DNA from: an uncultured Candidatus Saccharibacteria bacterium
Lineage (GTDB): Bacteria; Patescibacteriota; Saccharimonadia; CAILAD01; JADZBC01
DNA length: 64,000 nucleotides
Direction of reading: 5' to 3'
Assembly (NCBI GenBank): GCA_964600985.1
Contig: CAZRJR010000001.1
Span: 335,431 to 399,430 of the forward strand
Under the pieces are notes generated by a model that saw only the letters and a list, made by a program, of their open reading frames with translations, was not told the origin of the DNA and did not search any database. The position numbers and the translations under genes were made by a program. This document shows, in pieces, positions 44,545-54,917 of this stretch (positions are counted from its first letter, which is position 1; each line of letters starts with the position of its first letter).

Positions 44545-46191
44545 CTACACTCTCTGCGAAAGAGGTTTGTTGCCCATATCGGCCACGCTATTAGCCCTCT
44601 GCCTGTTGGCAGCTGCCACAAAGTCCCTAAACAGCGGGTGGGGCTTATCTGGTCGAGACTTAAACTCTGGGTGCGCCTGAGAGGCCACAAAGAACGGGTG
44701 ATTCTTGAGCTCAATTATCTCTACCAAATTCCTATCGGGCGATTCACCGGCAATTACCAAGCCAGCTGCCTCGAGTTGTTCACGGTAAGCATTATTGAAC
44801 TCATAGCGGTGGCGGTGGCGTTCATGAACCTCGTCTGTACCATAGGCAAGATAACTACGAGAATTCTTATTAAGCACCGTTTTGTAGTTACCCAATCGCA
44901 TAGTCCCACCCAGACTCACCCCCACCTGGTCTTCCATGATGTGAATTACCGGGTGCTCTATATCCTCGACCATCTCGGTACTGTGCGCCTGTTTGGTCGC
45001 CAGTACATGGCGGGCAAAGTCAATGACCGCCGCTTGCATACCCAAACATAGGCCAAGGTAAGGCACGTTGTTCTCTCTCGCATAGCCCGCCGCCAGTATC
45101 TTGCCCTCGATGCCGCGATTACCAAATCCACCAGGCACTAGTATGCCATCGACGCTCCTAAGCGGCTTTTGGTCAACCTCGAGCTCTTCTGCATTAATCC
45201 ATTCAATGTTAACCCGCAAACCATGATGCCAGCCAGCAGCTTTGAGTGCCTCGAATACACTGGCATAGGTATCTAAGTTACTCAAATATTTCGCAACCAC
45301 ACCAATCGTAACTTCGTCCTGGGTATTCTTAATGCGATTCACCATGGCCCGCCACGAAGCTAAATCTGCCTTTCGTTTGGGCAAGCCAAGCTGAGCCACT
45401 ATGTAGTCCCCTATGCCGCTGTCCTCCATAGTAAGCGGCACATCATATACGGTCTTGGCAGTTGGTAGCGCTACAATCGCCTCGGGGGCGACGTCGCAAT
45501 ACAAGCTAAGCTTTTCGATTCCCTCTTGGCTGAGCTCGTGATCACTACGCACACACAATACATCGGCCATAATGCCCAGGCTACGAAGCTCGCGTACGCT
45601 GTTCTGAGCCGGTTTGGTCTTAAGCTCGTTAGACGCCACTAAGTACGGTGCAAACACCACATGTACATACAGGGTGTTTTCTGCCCCCACTCTACGCTTA
45701 AACTGTCGAATCGCCTCTACGAACGCCATCGCCTCATAGTCGCCAATGCTGCCGCCGATTTCTACAAAGTGAATGTCACTTCCTTCGCCCGCTGCTTCTA
45801 TCTGGGCTTGGATCTCACCTGTTACGTGTGGAATCATCTGAACTGTTTTACCCAAGAACTTACCGGCTCGCTCGTCGGCAAACACCTTACTAAACACCGC
45901 CCCACTTATAGTGGAGCTCTTGCGGCTCATTTCTATATCGGTAAAGCGCTCGTAGTGGCCTAAGTCTAAATCGGTCTCTGCCCCATCGGCAGTTACGAAC
46001 ACCTCGCCATGCTCGGCTGGATTTAATGTGCCAGCATCTACGTTTAGATACTGGTCACACTTTTGCATCGAAACTAAAAAACCTCGGGCCTTTAAGATCT
46101 TGGCCAGCGAGGCTGCGGTGATTCCTTTTCCGAGGCCAGATACGACCCCTCCGGAAACAAAGATATACTTTGTTTGTTTTGGTTTTTCCAT
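44545..46191 (-). CDS. pyrG: CTP synthase
   Basis: KYIFVSGGVVSGLGKG N-terminus and C-terminal glutamine amidotransferase domain (GLCLGMQ). Confidence 0.95.
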   Translation of the reverse strand: MEKPKQTKYIFVSGGVVSGLGKGITAASLAKILKARGFLVSMQKCDQYLNVDAGTLNPAEHGEVFVTADGAETDLDLGHYERFTDIEMSRKSSTISGAVFSKVFADERAGKFLGKTVQMIPHVTGEIQAQIEAAGEGSDIHFVEIGGSIGDYEAMAFVEAIRQFKRRVGAENTLYVHVVFAPYLVASNELKTKPAQNSVRELRSLGIMADVLCVRSDHELSQEGIEKLSLYCDVAPEAIVALPTAKTVYDVPLTMEDSGIGDYIVAQLGLPKRKADLASWRAMVNRIKNTQDEVTIGVVAKYLSNLDTYASVFEALKAAGWHHGLRVNIEWINAEELEVDQKPLRSVDGILVPGGFGNRGIEGKILAAGYARENNVPYLGLCLGMQAAVIDFARHVLATKQAHSTEMVEDIEHPVIHIMEDQVGVSLGGTMRLGNYKTVLNKNSRSYLAYGTDEVHERHRHRYEFNNAYREQLEAAGLVIAGESPDRNLVEIIELKNHPFFVASQAHPEFKSRPDKPHPLFRDFVAAANRQRANSVADMGNKPLSQRV

Positions 46192-46329
46192 TTACTCCCC
46201 TCCCTCTTGATCTAGCATAGCCCTTATACACACGGAGGGTCAAGAGTTTTTTGGCATTTCGGGGCAAAAAGTCTTGCCGCTACAGCTCCTTGCTATTCAA
46301 CTCTTCTTTTGTGCAATTGGTATTCCCAC

Positions 46330-46380
46330 CCCTTCTTCCATCATTCCGGCGCCTTTGTTCCCCTCATTCCGGCGTAAGCC
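46330..46380. repeat. Direct repeats TCATTCCGGCG x2 plus the palindrome ATTCCGGCG-TAA-GCCGGAAT, immediately upstream of the GIY-YIG gene
   Basis: Read directly. Confidence 0.6.
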
Positions 46381-46403
46381 GGAATCCAGTATAATACGCT
46401 ATC

Positions 46404-46691
46404 ATGAAGTCAGCTTACGTCTACATCCTAGCAAGTGGTCGTAATGGTACGCTCTATACTGGTGTTACAAGCGACATTATTAAGCGCGTATATGAGCACA
46501 AACAGCACTTAGTTGATGGCTTTACTAAGAGATATGACGTAACCAACCTAGTTTGGTTCGAGCGATACGATAATATGACCGACGCTATATCTCGTGAAAA
46601 ACAAATGAAAGAATGGAAACGTAATTGGAAGCTAGCAACTATTGAGGCTGTGAATCCAAGCTGGGAGGATCTCTATACGAGCCTCCTTTAG
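46404..46691 (+). CDS. GIY-YIG nuclease-family small protein (95 aa)
   Basis: YVYILASGRNGTLYTGVT...R...H matches GIY-YIG motifs. Confidence 0.8.
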   Translation: MKSAYVYILASGRNGTLYTGVTSDIIKRVYEHKQHLVDGFTKRYDVTNLVWFERYDNMTDAISREKQMKEWKRNWKLATIEAVNPSWEDLYTSLL

Positions 46692-46694
46692 CCT

Positions 46695-46720
46695 GGATCC
46701 CGGCTTTCGCCGGGATGACG
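46695..46720. repeat. Palindrome GATCCCGGC-TTTC-GCCGGGATG downstream of the GIY-YIG gene; further GCCGGGATG copies up to about 46850
   Basis: Read directly. Confidence 0.55.
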
Positions 46721-46911
46721 ATGGAGTGTCGAAACGAGAAAAGGAAGCAGATCCTTCGACTATGCTCAGGATGACGTATTATGCGAGCTCTAGGTTGTGG
46801 GAAGGTGGGGGATACCAATCGAATTCTACCTGACGTATATCGAGGCCGGGATGGCGGAAGAGGACCAGGATCCTCGAATAGCGCGGGAGCGGCAGGAGAG
46901 CAGTGGCGGGA

Positions 46912-48111
46912 CTACATCTTGCCTTTAAGAACTTCGAGGGCCTTGATGTATTGTGGGTCACGACTCGCGTTGTAGTCGTCGGTCGTAAGCTTTACCTCTA
47001 CATCTGGCTTTATACCCGCTTTACCTATATTAATGCCTTTGGGTGTGTACCAATGCGCCACGGTCACTTTTAGTTGGGCGCCGTCTTTTAAATCAATCAC
47101 CTGCTGCACACTACCCTTGCCAAAGGTCTTTTCACCCACGAGTGTAGCGCGGCCAGCGTCGTGCAATGCACCTGCCGTTATTTCTGATGCCGAAGCACTC
47201 CCACCATTCGTGAGTACCACCACCGGGGTATCAGTAAACTTACCACCTGGCACCGCTGTGAGTTTGCGATTCTCGTTATGCTTGCTGCGCTCCTCTACGA
47301 CCGTGCCAGAACTAACAAATTGACTACTTACCCCAACTGCCGACTCTAAGTAACCACCAGGGTTGTCACGCACATCGAGCACTATACCTTTTACACCAGC
47401 GGCTTGGAACTGGACAGCAGCAGCTGCTACAAGATCGTTGGTGTCTTCGGCAAAGCGGCGTATACGAATGTAGCCCACATTGCCATCGCGCACCTCGGTA
47501 GTTACACTCGCTACAGTAATGTTGTCACGGGTAATTTCAACTTCACGCGGCGCTTCATTGCCGCGCACAAGTGTTAGCTTCACTTTAGTGTCCTTAGCTC
47601 CGCGGATTTTATTAACAGCTTCGTCGAGCGTAAGGGTAGAACTGTCTACCCCATCGACTTCGGCTATGATGTCTCCACTACGCAATCCAGCTTTTGCCGC
47701 TGGCGTACCGTCGATTGGTGCAATTACCGTGAGCTTGCCGTTCTTTACACCTACCTCTACGCCAATGCCACTCAGCTGGCCATTCAAGTCGTCACTCAAA
47801 GCTTTGCTTTGGGCAGCCGTGAGGTACGTAGTGTACGGGTCACCTAGAGCAGCTACCATGCCCTGGGTAGCACCTTCGCTCTGCTTTTGCGTATCTATAT
47901 TGCCATCAAATTTTGCCTTCAGCAGCGATGAAACTTTGTTAAAAGTGCTTAAGTCAATGGAGCTACTGGCAGTACTCCGCGGCGCACCCAAGTAGGCCCT
48001 TACCCCCAGTGCGTTAAAGCCAAATCCCAGCACAAAACAAGCAATTCCAACCAAAATTAACTTTTTGGAAGTGCGCTGAGGAGAGGATTCTTGTGGCGTG
48101 TCAGACTTCAT
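46912..48111 (-). CDS. C-terminal processing peptidase (S41 family, CtpA-like) with a PDZ domain
   Basis: LDVRDNPGGYLESAV and TNGGSASASEI (S41 catalytic region). Confidence 0.85.
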   Translation of the reverse strand: MKSDTPQESSPQRTSKKLILVGIACFVLGFGFNALGVRAYLGAPRSTASSSIDLSTFNKVSSLLKAKFDGNIDTQKQSEGATQGMVAALGDPYTTYLTAAQSKALSDDLNGQLSGIGVEVGVKNGKLTVIAPIDGTPAAKAGLRSGDIIAEVDGVDSSTLTLDEAVNKIRGAKDTKVKLTLVRGNEAPREVEITRDNITVASVTTEVRDGNVGYIRIRRFAEDTNDLVAAAAVQFQAAGVKGIVLDVRDNPGGYLESAVGVSSQFVSSGTVVEERSKHNENRKLTAVPGGKFTDTPVVVLTNGGSASASEITAGALHDAGRATLVGEKTFGKGSVQQVIDLKDGAQLKVTVAHWYTPKGINIGKAGIKPDVEVKLTTDDYNASRDPQYIKALEVLKGKM

Positions 48112-48126
48112 AGGTGATTACGTGGA

Positions 48127-49245
48127 TTATGGGAAATGGAGAAATACCACGCTACTAGCAGATATATCGCTTTCGGAGTAACGACCATCATTTGCCGCAT
48201 TGTATTGGCTCACATGCACAGTGCCGTTACCGTTAACACGCTCTACATACATAGCATGCCCATATGGACCGGCATTTGAGATAGCTACATCGCCAACCCT
48301 CGGGTTCCCGTCTACCGGAATTCCGGCAGCCCGAGCATTTTCATCCCACTGGTTTGCGTTACCACGACCGCCCCAGTACGGCATATTACGGCCAGAATTT
48401 GCCACCTTCCAAGCGGTGTAAGACACACATTGGCGCTGATACATACCCCAGGGGTCAGGTATTGAGTTGGGGAACGGCGCATTAGCATAGGGGTAGCCAC
48501 CGCTGCCACCATACGTTACGTTTGACGATATTGCGGCAACTGCTGCGGCTTGCTGTCGTTTTAGCTCGGCAATTTTCTTACTGTCCTCGGCCGCAACTGC
48601 GCGGTAGTTAGCCTCTTCGCCCTGGGTGCGAGCAAGCAAGCTCGCCTGCTCTGCGCGCTGTGCAGCTATTTCGTTATATGTTGCCTTTTGCTGATCTGCT
48701 AAAGCATTAAGCTGAATCTGCTTTTGGCTAAGTTCCTCTTTAAGCTGTTCGATCTTCTTTAGATTAGCATTAATTTTGTTTTTAATAGCACTTAGGTACT
48801 GACTCTGGGCCACAAAATCGCTTAGATTCTTACTTGATGCCACGAGTTCCAACGGAGAAACTTCTCCCTGCTTGTAAACCAAGCGTAGGTTATCCTTCAA
48901 GATGCCCTTCTGGCGGTCCAAATCCCTATTAGCTTTATCGATCTCTGCCTGGGTATTGCTTATTTGCAAGCTCGTAAGGTTTAAAGCAACTTGGGCTGCG
49001 TAAATATTTGCGTCAATACTGGCAAGCTTTGATTTGAGTGAATTTGCTTCGGCAGCTTTTTGAGCGGCGGCGTTTTGTGTTTCCTGAACTTTGGCCCTTA
49101 GGGCAGCAATCTGGGCATCAAACTGGTCGGCCTGCGCAGTGCGAGGCAATACGAACAGACCCAGCATAAGCACTGCGGGCAGAACTATTGCGGTAGTGAT
49201 TTGTATTTTGGTTTTTGCAGTTTTTACTCTGCTTAATACGTTCAA
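48127..49245 (-). CDS. Secreted coiled-coil protein with a C-terminal CHAP peptidoglycan-hydrolase domain (PcsB-like)
   Basis: Signal peptide, long coiled-coil, then QRQCVSYTAWK...YGHAMYVE (CHAP Cys/His). Adjacent to ftsX/ftsE. Confidence 0.75.
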   Translation of the reverse strand: MNVLSRVKTAKTKIQITTAIVLPAVLMLGLFVLPRTAQADQFDAQIAALRAKVQETQNAAAQKAAEANSLKSKLASIDANIYAAQVALNLTSLQISNTQAEIDKANRDLDRQKGILKDNLRLVYKQGEVSPLELVASSKNLSDFVAQSQYLSAIKNKINANLKKIEQLKEELSQKQIQLNALADQQKATYNEIAAQRAEQASLLARTQGEEANYRAVAAEDSKKIAELKRQQAAAVAAISSNVTYGGSGGYPYANAPFPNSIPDPWGMYQRQCVSYTAWKVANSGRNMPYWGGRGNANQWDENARAAGIPVDGNPRVGDVAISNAGPYGHAMYVERVNGNGTVHVSQYNAANDGRYSESDISASSVVFLHFP

Positions 49246-49319
49246 AAAGCACCCTCCTAAAGTATTTTTCTTGCACTAATTATAGCATAATTCGGCAATA
49301 GCAAGTAGTAAGTTAGACT

Positions 49320-50237
49320 TTATTTCAGTCTTAAGTATCGAGAGATCGCGAACCAACTACTTATAGCGCCGATCATTATGCCGAGGCCATAAGTAGCCAG
49401 CACCGCAATGCCGAAGTGACTGGTAAAGTAATCTATCGCCGCGCCAGCATTGAGTCGCTGAGTAATAAACGGTCCCACTGCGCGTGAGATAGGTATAAGC
49501 AGCAAGAGCGCCACGGTTCCACCAAATACACCATACAATGATCCCTCGACAATAAACGGCCCGCGAATAAACCAGTTGGTTGCACCCACTAAGCGCATAA
49601 TTTCGATCTCTTCTCGACGGGTAAAGATCGCCATTCGAATGGTATTAAAGATTACTAAGAGGGCAATAATCAAGAACAGCACGCTTACCACTGCCCCAAC
49701 TTTGGCCACACCATTGCTAATGTTTATGATGTTCTCTACAATGCCTTGGCGGTTCTGATCGTTCTTGTCCAAGCTCGACTCAGTAACTATTTTGTCTTCG
49801 TCCAACTTCTTAAGTGCTACGTTGGTAGCCTTGATGGCGTCTAAGTTCTTTACCTTCACCTCAAAAGATGCTGGAAGTGGATTACCAATTTCCTTGGCCG
49901 ACTCAGCTAGCTTCTGGCCGTCGCTGCTGCTAGAAGCTAAGCGCTTCAGGGCGTCATCCTTACTCACATATTCTACCGACTTTACCTCTGGATGGGCGAT
50001 TAGGCGTGCCTGGAGGGCCTTAATATTATCCTGAGTAGCGTCGTCTGATATAAACAAACTTAAGTCAATCTTGCTCTTTACCTCGGCAAGCTGATTACGC
50101 ACGAATATCGCCGAGAATCCAAAGAAGGTAACCACCAACAAGGTAACTACCATAATCGCTGTAGCCGCGGTGCTAAGCCAGGCGTTACGGAAAATGTTAC
50201 GAAAGCCGGTTTTAAAGATACGCCAAAGTGTAATCAT
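49320..50237 (-). CDS. ftsX: Cell-division ABC transporter permease FtsX
   Basis: Four-TM FtsX topology with a large extracytoplasmic loop. Downstream of ftsE. Confidence 0.8.
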   Translation of the reverse strand: MITLWRIFKTGFRNIFRNAWLSTAATAIMVVTLLVVTFFGFSAIFVRNQLAEVKSKIDLSLFISDDATQDNIKALQARLIAHPEVKSVEYVSKDDALKRLASSSSDGQKLAESAKEIGNPLPASFEVKVKNLDAIKATNVALKKLDEDKIVTESSLDKNDQNRQGIVENIINISNGVAKVGAVVSVLFLIIALLVIFNTIRMAIFTRREEIEIMRLVGATNWFIRGPFIVEGSLYGVFGGTVALLLLIPISRAVGPFITQRLNAGAAIDYFTSHFGIAVLATYGLGIMIGAISSWFAISRYLRLK

Positions 50238-50403
50238 GCCATTACCCCAACCATTGACAGATAAGATTGCGAATCGCTACTAGGCATTATCTTATACTTG
50301 TAGTACGAGGCAGTTGCGAGCAGCGCAGCAAGCTGTACATGCGCGTACAGCGCGCGAGCAGCGCAGCAACTAACAAAGTAATACTGTATAAGTTGGTGCC
50401 GTC

Positions 50404-51084
50404 TCATACTACGTACCGTCCAACCTTCTCGTCTTTTACCACTCTACCTCGGTTAATGGTGATCACGCGTTTTTTAAGTGCGTTTACGATTTCTTTATTA
50501 TGTGTAGTTAGAAGCACGGTAGTACCAAACTTATTAATCTTTAGCAAAAGCTCAATGATATCCCAGGAGTTCTTGGGGTCAAGATTGCCAGTTGGCTCGT
50601 CGGCAATCAAGATCTTGGGGTTGCGTACCAAAGCGCGAGCAATTGCTGTACGCTGCTTTTCTCCACCAGATATCTCGCTTGGGTAGTCGCCGGCTTTTTC
50701 ACTCAAACCCACCAGTTGTAGAATCTTCGGCACGGCGCGTTTGATCTCGCGCGTTTTCACCCCTGATACCTCGAGTGCAAAGGCTACATTCTCGTATACC
50801 GTTAAGTTCGGTAGCAGTTTAAAGTCCTGAAACACCACCCCGATGCGACGGCGCAAGTGCGGGATGTTGGACTTATCGATTGTGTCGTAATCCACGCTAC
50901 CTACCACGATTTTGCCGGACGTAGGAACTTCTTCTTTTATAAGCAACCGTATGAGTGTAGATTTGCCCGCCCCGCTCGAGCCCACAATGGTCACGAACTC
51001 TTTCGGGGCAATATGAAGAGAGATCCCAGAAAGGGCAACGGTTTTATTTGGGTACATTACTGAGACTCGATCGAGCAAAATCAT
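50404..51084 (-). CDS. ftsE: Cell-division ATP-binding protein FtsE
   Basis: Walker A GSSGAGKST, ABC signature LSGGEKQR, Walker B ILIADEPTGNLD. Confidence 0.9.
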   Translation of the reverse strand: MILLDRVSVMYPNKTVALSGISLHIAPKEFVTIVGSSGAGKSTLIRLLIKEEVPTSGKIVVGSVDYDTIDKSNIPHLRRRIGVVFQDFKLLPNLTVYENVAFALEVSGVKTREIKRAVPKILQLVGLSEKAGDYPSEISGGEKQRTAIARALVRNPKILIADEPTGNLDPKNSWDIIELLLKINKFGTTVLLTTHNKEIVNALKKRVITINRGRVVKDEKVGRYVV

Positions 51085-51143
51085 ATATGTGTATTGTAGC
51101 CTAAAAAGGCTTATGAATAAAGATTAAGAGCAGCCCTACTTGG

Positions 51144-52229
51144 CTACTTCCCTTCTACTAGATGGCTCAAGTAAGCTTCGATAAACGGCTCTATCTCCCC
51201 CGCAAGCACACCGTTCACGTCACTGGTTTCATAGTCGGTGCGGTGGTCTTTTACCTTCGTATACGGCTGCAATACGTAGGAGCGGATTTGAGCACCCCAG
51301 TCTGCACTCTTTACCTTGCCCCGAATCTGCGCAATGTCTTCAAGCTGCTGAGAGCGTGCTACTTCGCTGAGTCTTGAGGCCAAGATACTCATGGCCTTCT
51401 CCTTGTTTTTAAGCTGAGAGCGCTCGTTTTGAATACTCACCACAATCCCAGTTGGCAAATGAGTAATGCGCACTGCACTATCAGTGGTATTCACACTCTG
51501 ACCGCCATGACCACCCGAGCGATACACGTCTATACGCAAGTCATCGGGGCTTATGTGGACCTTCTCGACCGGGATCTCCGGAATAACATCTACCAATGCA
51601 AACGAAGTCTGACGTAAGTTTTGGGCATTGAATGGGCTTAAGCGCACCAGCCGGTGCACGCCTTTTTCGCACTTAAGTTTGCCATAAGCAAAGCGACCAT
51701 TTACTTCCAGTGTAGCGCTCTTTATGCCCGCTTCTTCACCATACGACACATCTACTAACTCGGTTTTCCAGCCGGACTTCTCGCAATAGCGGGTGTACAT
51801 CTTAAGCAGCATCTCGGCCCAATCCTGCGCATCGGTGCCACCTACACCAGCAGAAATCTGTACCACTGCTGGGCCAGCGTCAAACTCGCCACTTAGCTTA
51901 AGTTCTACCATGAGGTTATCAAACCGCTCATTGAGTCTTTGATGTTGCGAGCTAAACTCTGCCTCCTGAGTCTCGTCACTAAGCTCGGCTAGTTCGAGCG
52001 TGGTAGATATATCTGCCTCGAGCTCACGCCAACTAGCAATGTGCTTTCGCATGCTGGCAGCTTCAGCGCTGATTTGTTCGGCCTCGGCAGGAGCGCCCCA
52101 GAAACTGGGCTCGGCCATGCGTTCCTCAAGTACTGTCAACTCGCGCTCCGAAGCGTCCACGCCTATTTGGCTCATGGCCTGCCGGAGTGACTCAAGCATA
52201 TCAGAGAGGGATTCGATAATCTGTTTCAT
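51144..52229 (-). CDS. prfB: Peptide chain release factor 2 (single uninterrupted ORF, no programmed frameshift)
   Basis: SPF tripeptide (LVRLSPFNAQ) and GGQ (SGGHGGQSVNTTD). Confidence 0.9.
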   Translation of the reverse strand: MKQIIESLSDMLESLRQAMSQIGVDASERELTVLEERMAEPSFWGAPAEAEQISAEAASMRKHIASWRELEADISTTLELAELSDETQEAEFSSQHQRLNERFDNLMVELKLSGEFDAGPAVVQISAGVGGTDAQDWAEMLLKMYTRYCEKSGWKTELVDVSYGEEAGIKSATLEVNGRFAYGKLKCEKGVHRLVRLSPFNAQNLRQTSFALVDVIPEIPVEKVHISPDDLRIDVYRSGGHGGQSVNTTDSAVRITHLPTGIVVSIQNERSQLKNKEKAMSILASRLSEVARSQQLEDIAQIRGKVKSADWGAQIRSYVLQPYTKVKDHRTDYETSDVNGVLAGEIEPFIEAYLSHLVEGK

Positions 52230-52360
52230 AGTTTCATTTTACCCTGAATAGGTCCATTTAACCAAAAGGGCAATTGCGCGGAATAACTAAAAAGACCCTT
52301 CGGAATCAACCTTGGGTCTTTTTAGTGTAGAAGCTGGCTTTGCCAGAGGCTAAGGCTAGC

Positions 52361-53494
52361 TTACTTTCGAACGTCGCGCAATGCGGCTTTTACACCCTTC
52401 TTACTCTTAAGGTAAGAACTTACTGCGTAACTCATACCACCCATACCGGCTAGGCCTGCAACAGGTAACTCGGCACCAGTCTCCGGCAACGTAGTTGGCG
52501 GAGTTACTGGAGGAGTTACTGGTGTGTCTTTACAAACCTTGGTCAGGGCAACGTTGTAAAACTCATTCATGCCTTCGGGGCGAACCACGCCGACATTCTT
52601 GAAGTCTGTACATCCTGGGTTAAGGTTTGAGTCAACCTTAACTTGGAACAATACGTAAGCCACTGAGCCTGGAGCATAATCACCGATGTCGATGCCGCCC
52701 TTGGTAACATTATCGCTCTTAATAGCTACACCGTTGGGATTAAGCATATTCTTAAGCTTCGTGCTACCGTTCACATATGTCATGTGAGGTGGGAGGTTAT
52801 CGCCTACGATAACGTGCTTGAGAGTAGTGTTACCTGTGTTTTTCACAGTTATCATGTACTCTAGCGTATCACCAGGGTTCGCAACATTGCTCGTAGTCCA
52901 GGCGGTTTCACCTGCTTTACGAACTTGTTTTACGATACTTACTGAGTTAGCCTTTACACGCGCTAGAACGGTTACAGTTGCTTCGAAGTTGAAGCATGGC
53001 TTCTCATTCTCTAGAACTTTACCGCCCGCACCTACAACGGAGTCATCGATATTCTCGGTAACCCAGTTTGGCTGCTCATTCGTACCCTTGTTGTGGCGCC
53101 ACTTGGCGCTACCAGGAATGTACTCTAGTCGAGCCTGATCAAGCGAAAGGTTTACATTAGCCGTATCAACTACAGTATTGCTGTTGTCAGCAGATACAGT
53201 AGATGTTACTACTTGGCTTTTGCCAGGGTTAGTTGGCAAAGCAATTTTTACTTTGAGGTTTTGGGCAATTTTGCCAGAATCTGGGTTTTCTTTGTTGTGG
53301 TACCAAACTTGTACCTTTACAACTTCATCAACTTTAGCGTTGACACTATCGGCATACTGAGTATCACCAGCAGTAACGTTTGCTACTTGCACAGTACTCT
53401 CAATACGCACATTCTCTACTGCGCTAGCCTGAAATGGCATTGCCAATATGGCAAGTGACAAAAGGCCGGCAGTGAATTTACGAAGTGCATTCAT
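52361..53494 (-). CDS. LPXTG-anchored surface protein with DUF11-type repeat domains
   Basis: Signal peptide. GDTLEYMITVKNTGNTTLKHVIVGDNLP (DUF11). C-terminal LPETG plus hydrophobic and basic tail. Confidence 0.8.
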   Translation of the reverse strand: MNALRKFTAGLLSLAILAMPFQASAVENVRIESTVQVANVTAGDTQYADSVNAKVDEVVKVQVWYHNKENPDSGKIAQNLKVKIALPTNPGKSQVVTSTVSADNSNTVVDTANVNLSLDQARLEYIPGSAKWRHNKGTNEQPNWVTENIDDSVVGAGGKVLENEKPCFNFEATVTVLARVKANSVSIVKQVRKAGETAWTTSNVANPGDTLEYMITVKNTGNTTLKHVIVGDNLPPHMTYVNGSTKLKNMLNPNGVAIKSDNVTKGGIDIGDYAPGSVAYVLFQVKVDSNLNPGCTDFKNVGVVRPEGMNEFYNVALTKVCKDTPVTPPVTPPTTLPETGAELPVAGLAGMGGMSYAVSSYLKSKKGVKAALRDVRK

Positions 53495-53804
53495 GCATTT
53501 TCTCCTTATACTTGGTTACGAACTATAAGACACAGCTGTAAGCCTTGCTCGAAGTATGGGGTATGAGTTGTCAACGAACGATTACTCAATGATATTATCA
53601 TAATATGGCGCTTGTGTCAATACTTTTTTGCTTATGTTTTTACCTGTTATGGTAACCCTTATTGTAATCCTTACCTGCCGGGAATATTTACTGTTACACC
53701 ATGTTTTTTACTTTTCATAAAGTGAAAGCCCCACTTACGTGGGGCTCGAGACTATGGTGTGTTGATCGCTCATGTCTCACGTGAGCGCACTTGGCCGAGA
53801 CTGA

Positions 53805-54917
53805 CTACCAGCCCCCAGGGTCCCCAGCTGGCACGGTGGCGTCGGGGTTGGGGTTGGCGTCGTGATCCGGGTTGCCGGTACCAGCACTACCGCCGGATCC
53901 GCCGTTGGATCCGCTGCCGGAACCGCTGGGCGAACTCCCTCCACCTCCACCGCTGTCGGTGCCGTTGGGCGTCGGGTTGTCCCCGTTGCCATGTTGGCCC
54001 GCATCGGTGTTCTCCGCATCACCCGGGTTGTAGCCCGGAGTGTGGGCAACCTGGCCAGGATCGTTGTCCTGGGGGTTCTGCTGCTCCGGACCCGAGTTGT
54101 TCGTTCCACAGATGGAACGACCGTCGGTGCACTTCGGCCTCGTGGTGGGAGGCGGAGGTGGCGGCGGAGTGCAGTTGTGCCGGCAGCCAGGAGGGCTCGT
54201 GGGTGGCACCGAAGGCGGTGGCGTACCCGGAGGCCGCGTACCCGTGCCCGGAGGCGGCGGAGTGGTGACCGGAGGCTTCGGCGGCTTCTGCCCGGGGGGC
54301 AGAGTGCCGCGCGGAGGACCGGCGGGGTAACCCCGCAGGATCCGCGCCACCGGCTGCCACAAGCACTTCACCTTCCAGACGAACACGCGGTTACCCGCGG
54401 TCTTCTGGACCAGGACGGTCTCATGCACCATGCTCTTGCTGAGCTTGTAGGCATGCCATCCATCCTGGGTCGCCGCCGCGAACAGCGTCTCGTACTGCCC
54501 AGACCAGTTGGTGTCCACCGTGAACGTCGACGCGTCGACGACCTGGTTGACACGCTGGCTGGCAGCCGTGAGAGCACCCATGTCGCTGGCCAAGTACTGC
54601 TGGCGAGCGAACCGGGCTGCCTCGTCGGGCAACGGCTCGAGCCCCCACTGCATCTCACGAACGGAGATCTGGAAGGGATCACAGGCCGCGCTCTGCTTGA
54701 ACGCAGACGCCATGTCCTCGGCGGACAGCTGCATGTTGCCGCTGCCATCACCGAAGAAGTGGCTGCCTGCCGGGGCGCTCTCGGGAGAGAACACCGCCTG
54801 CTGGCACCCCGTTGACCTGGGGTTGTTGTCCACGACTGCGTTGCACCCAGCGGGGATTGCCAGGAGCAACAGCAGAAGCACTGGTACTGCAAGGAGAAGT
54901 CGCCTGTTTCGGCTCAT
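53805..54917 (-). CDS. High-GC lipoprotein with a P/G/T-rich low-complexity C-terminal half
   Basis: SD AAAGGAG 6 nt before the ATG at 54917. The signal peptide ends in LLAIPAGC (lipobox-like). The track start 55016 is rejected. Confidence 0.55.
   Translation of the reverse strand: MSRNRRLLLAVPVLLLLLLAIPAGCNAVVDNNPRSTGCQQAVFSPESAPAGSHFFGDGSGNMQLSAEDMASAFKQSAACDPFQISVREMQWGLEPLPDEAARFARQQYLASDMGALTAASQRVNQVVDASTFTVDTNWSGQYETLFAAATQDGWHAYKLSKSMVHETVLVQKTAGNRVFVWKVKCLWQPVARILRGYPAGPPRGTLPPGQKPPKPPVTTPPPPGTGTRPPGTPPPSVPPTSPPGCRHNCTPPPPPPPTTRPKCTDGRSICGTNNSGPEQQNPQDNDPGQVAHTPGYNPGDAENTDAGQHGNGDNPTPNGTDSGGGGGSSPSGSGSGSNGGSGGSAGTGNPDHDANPNPDATVPAGDPGGW

Noticed and set aside
51144-52229. Programmed +1 frameshift in prfB
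   Set aside because: RF2 is encoded as a single uninterrupted 361-aa ORF from its own ATG. No CTT-TGA-C shifty site near codon 25.
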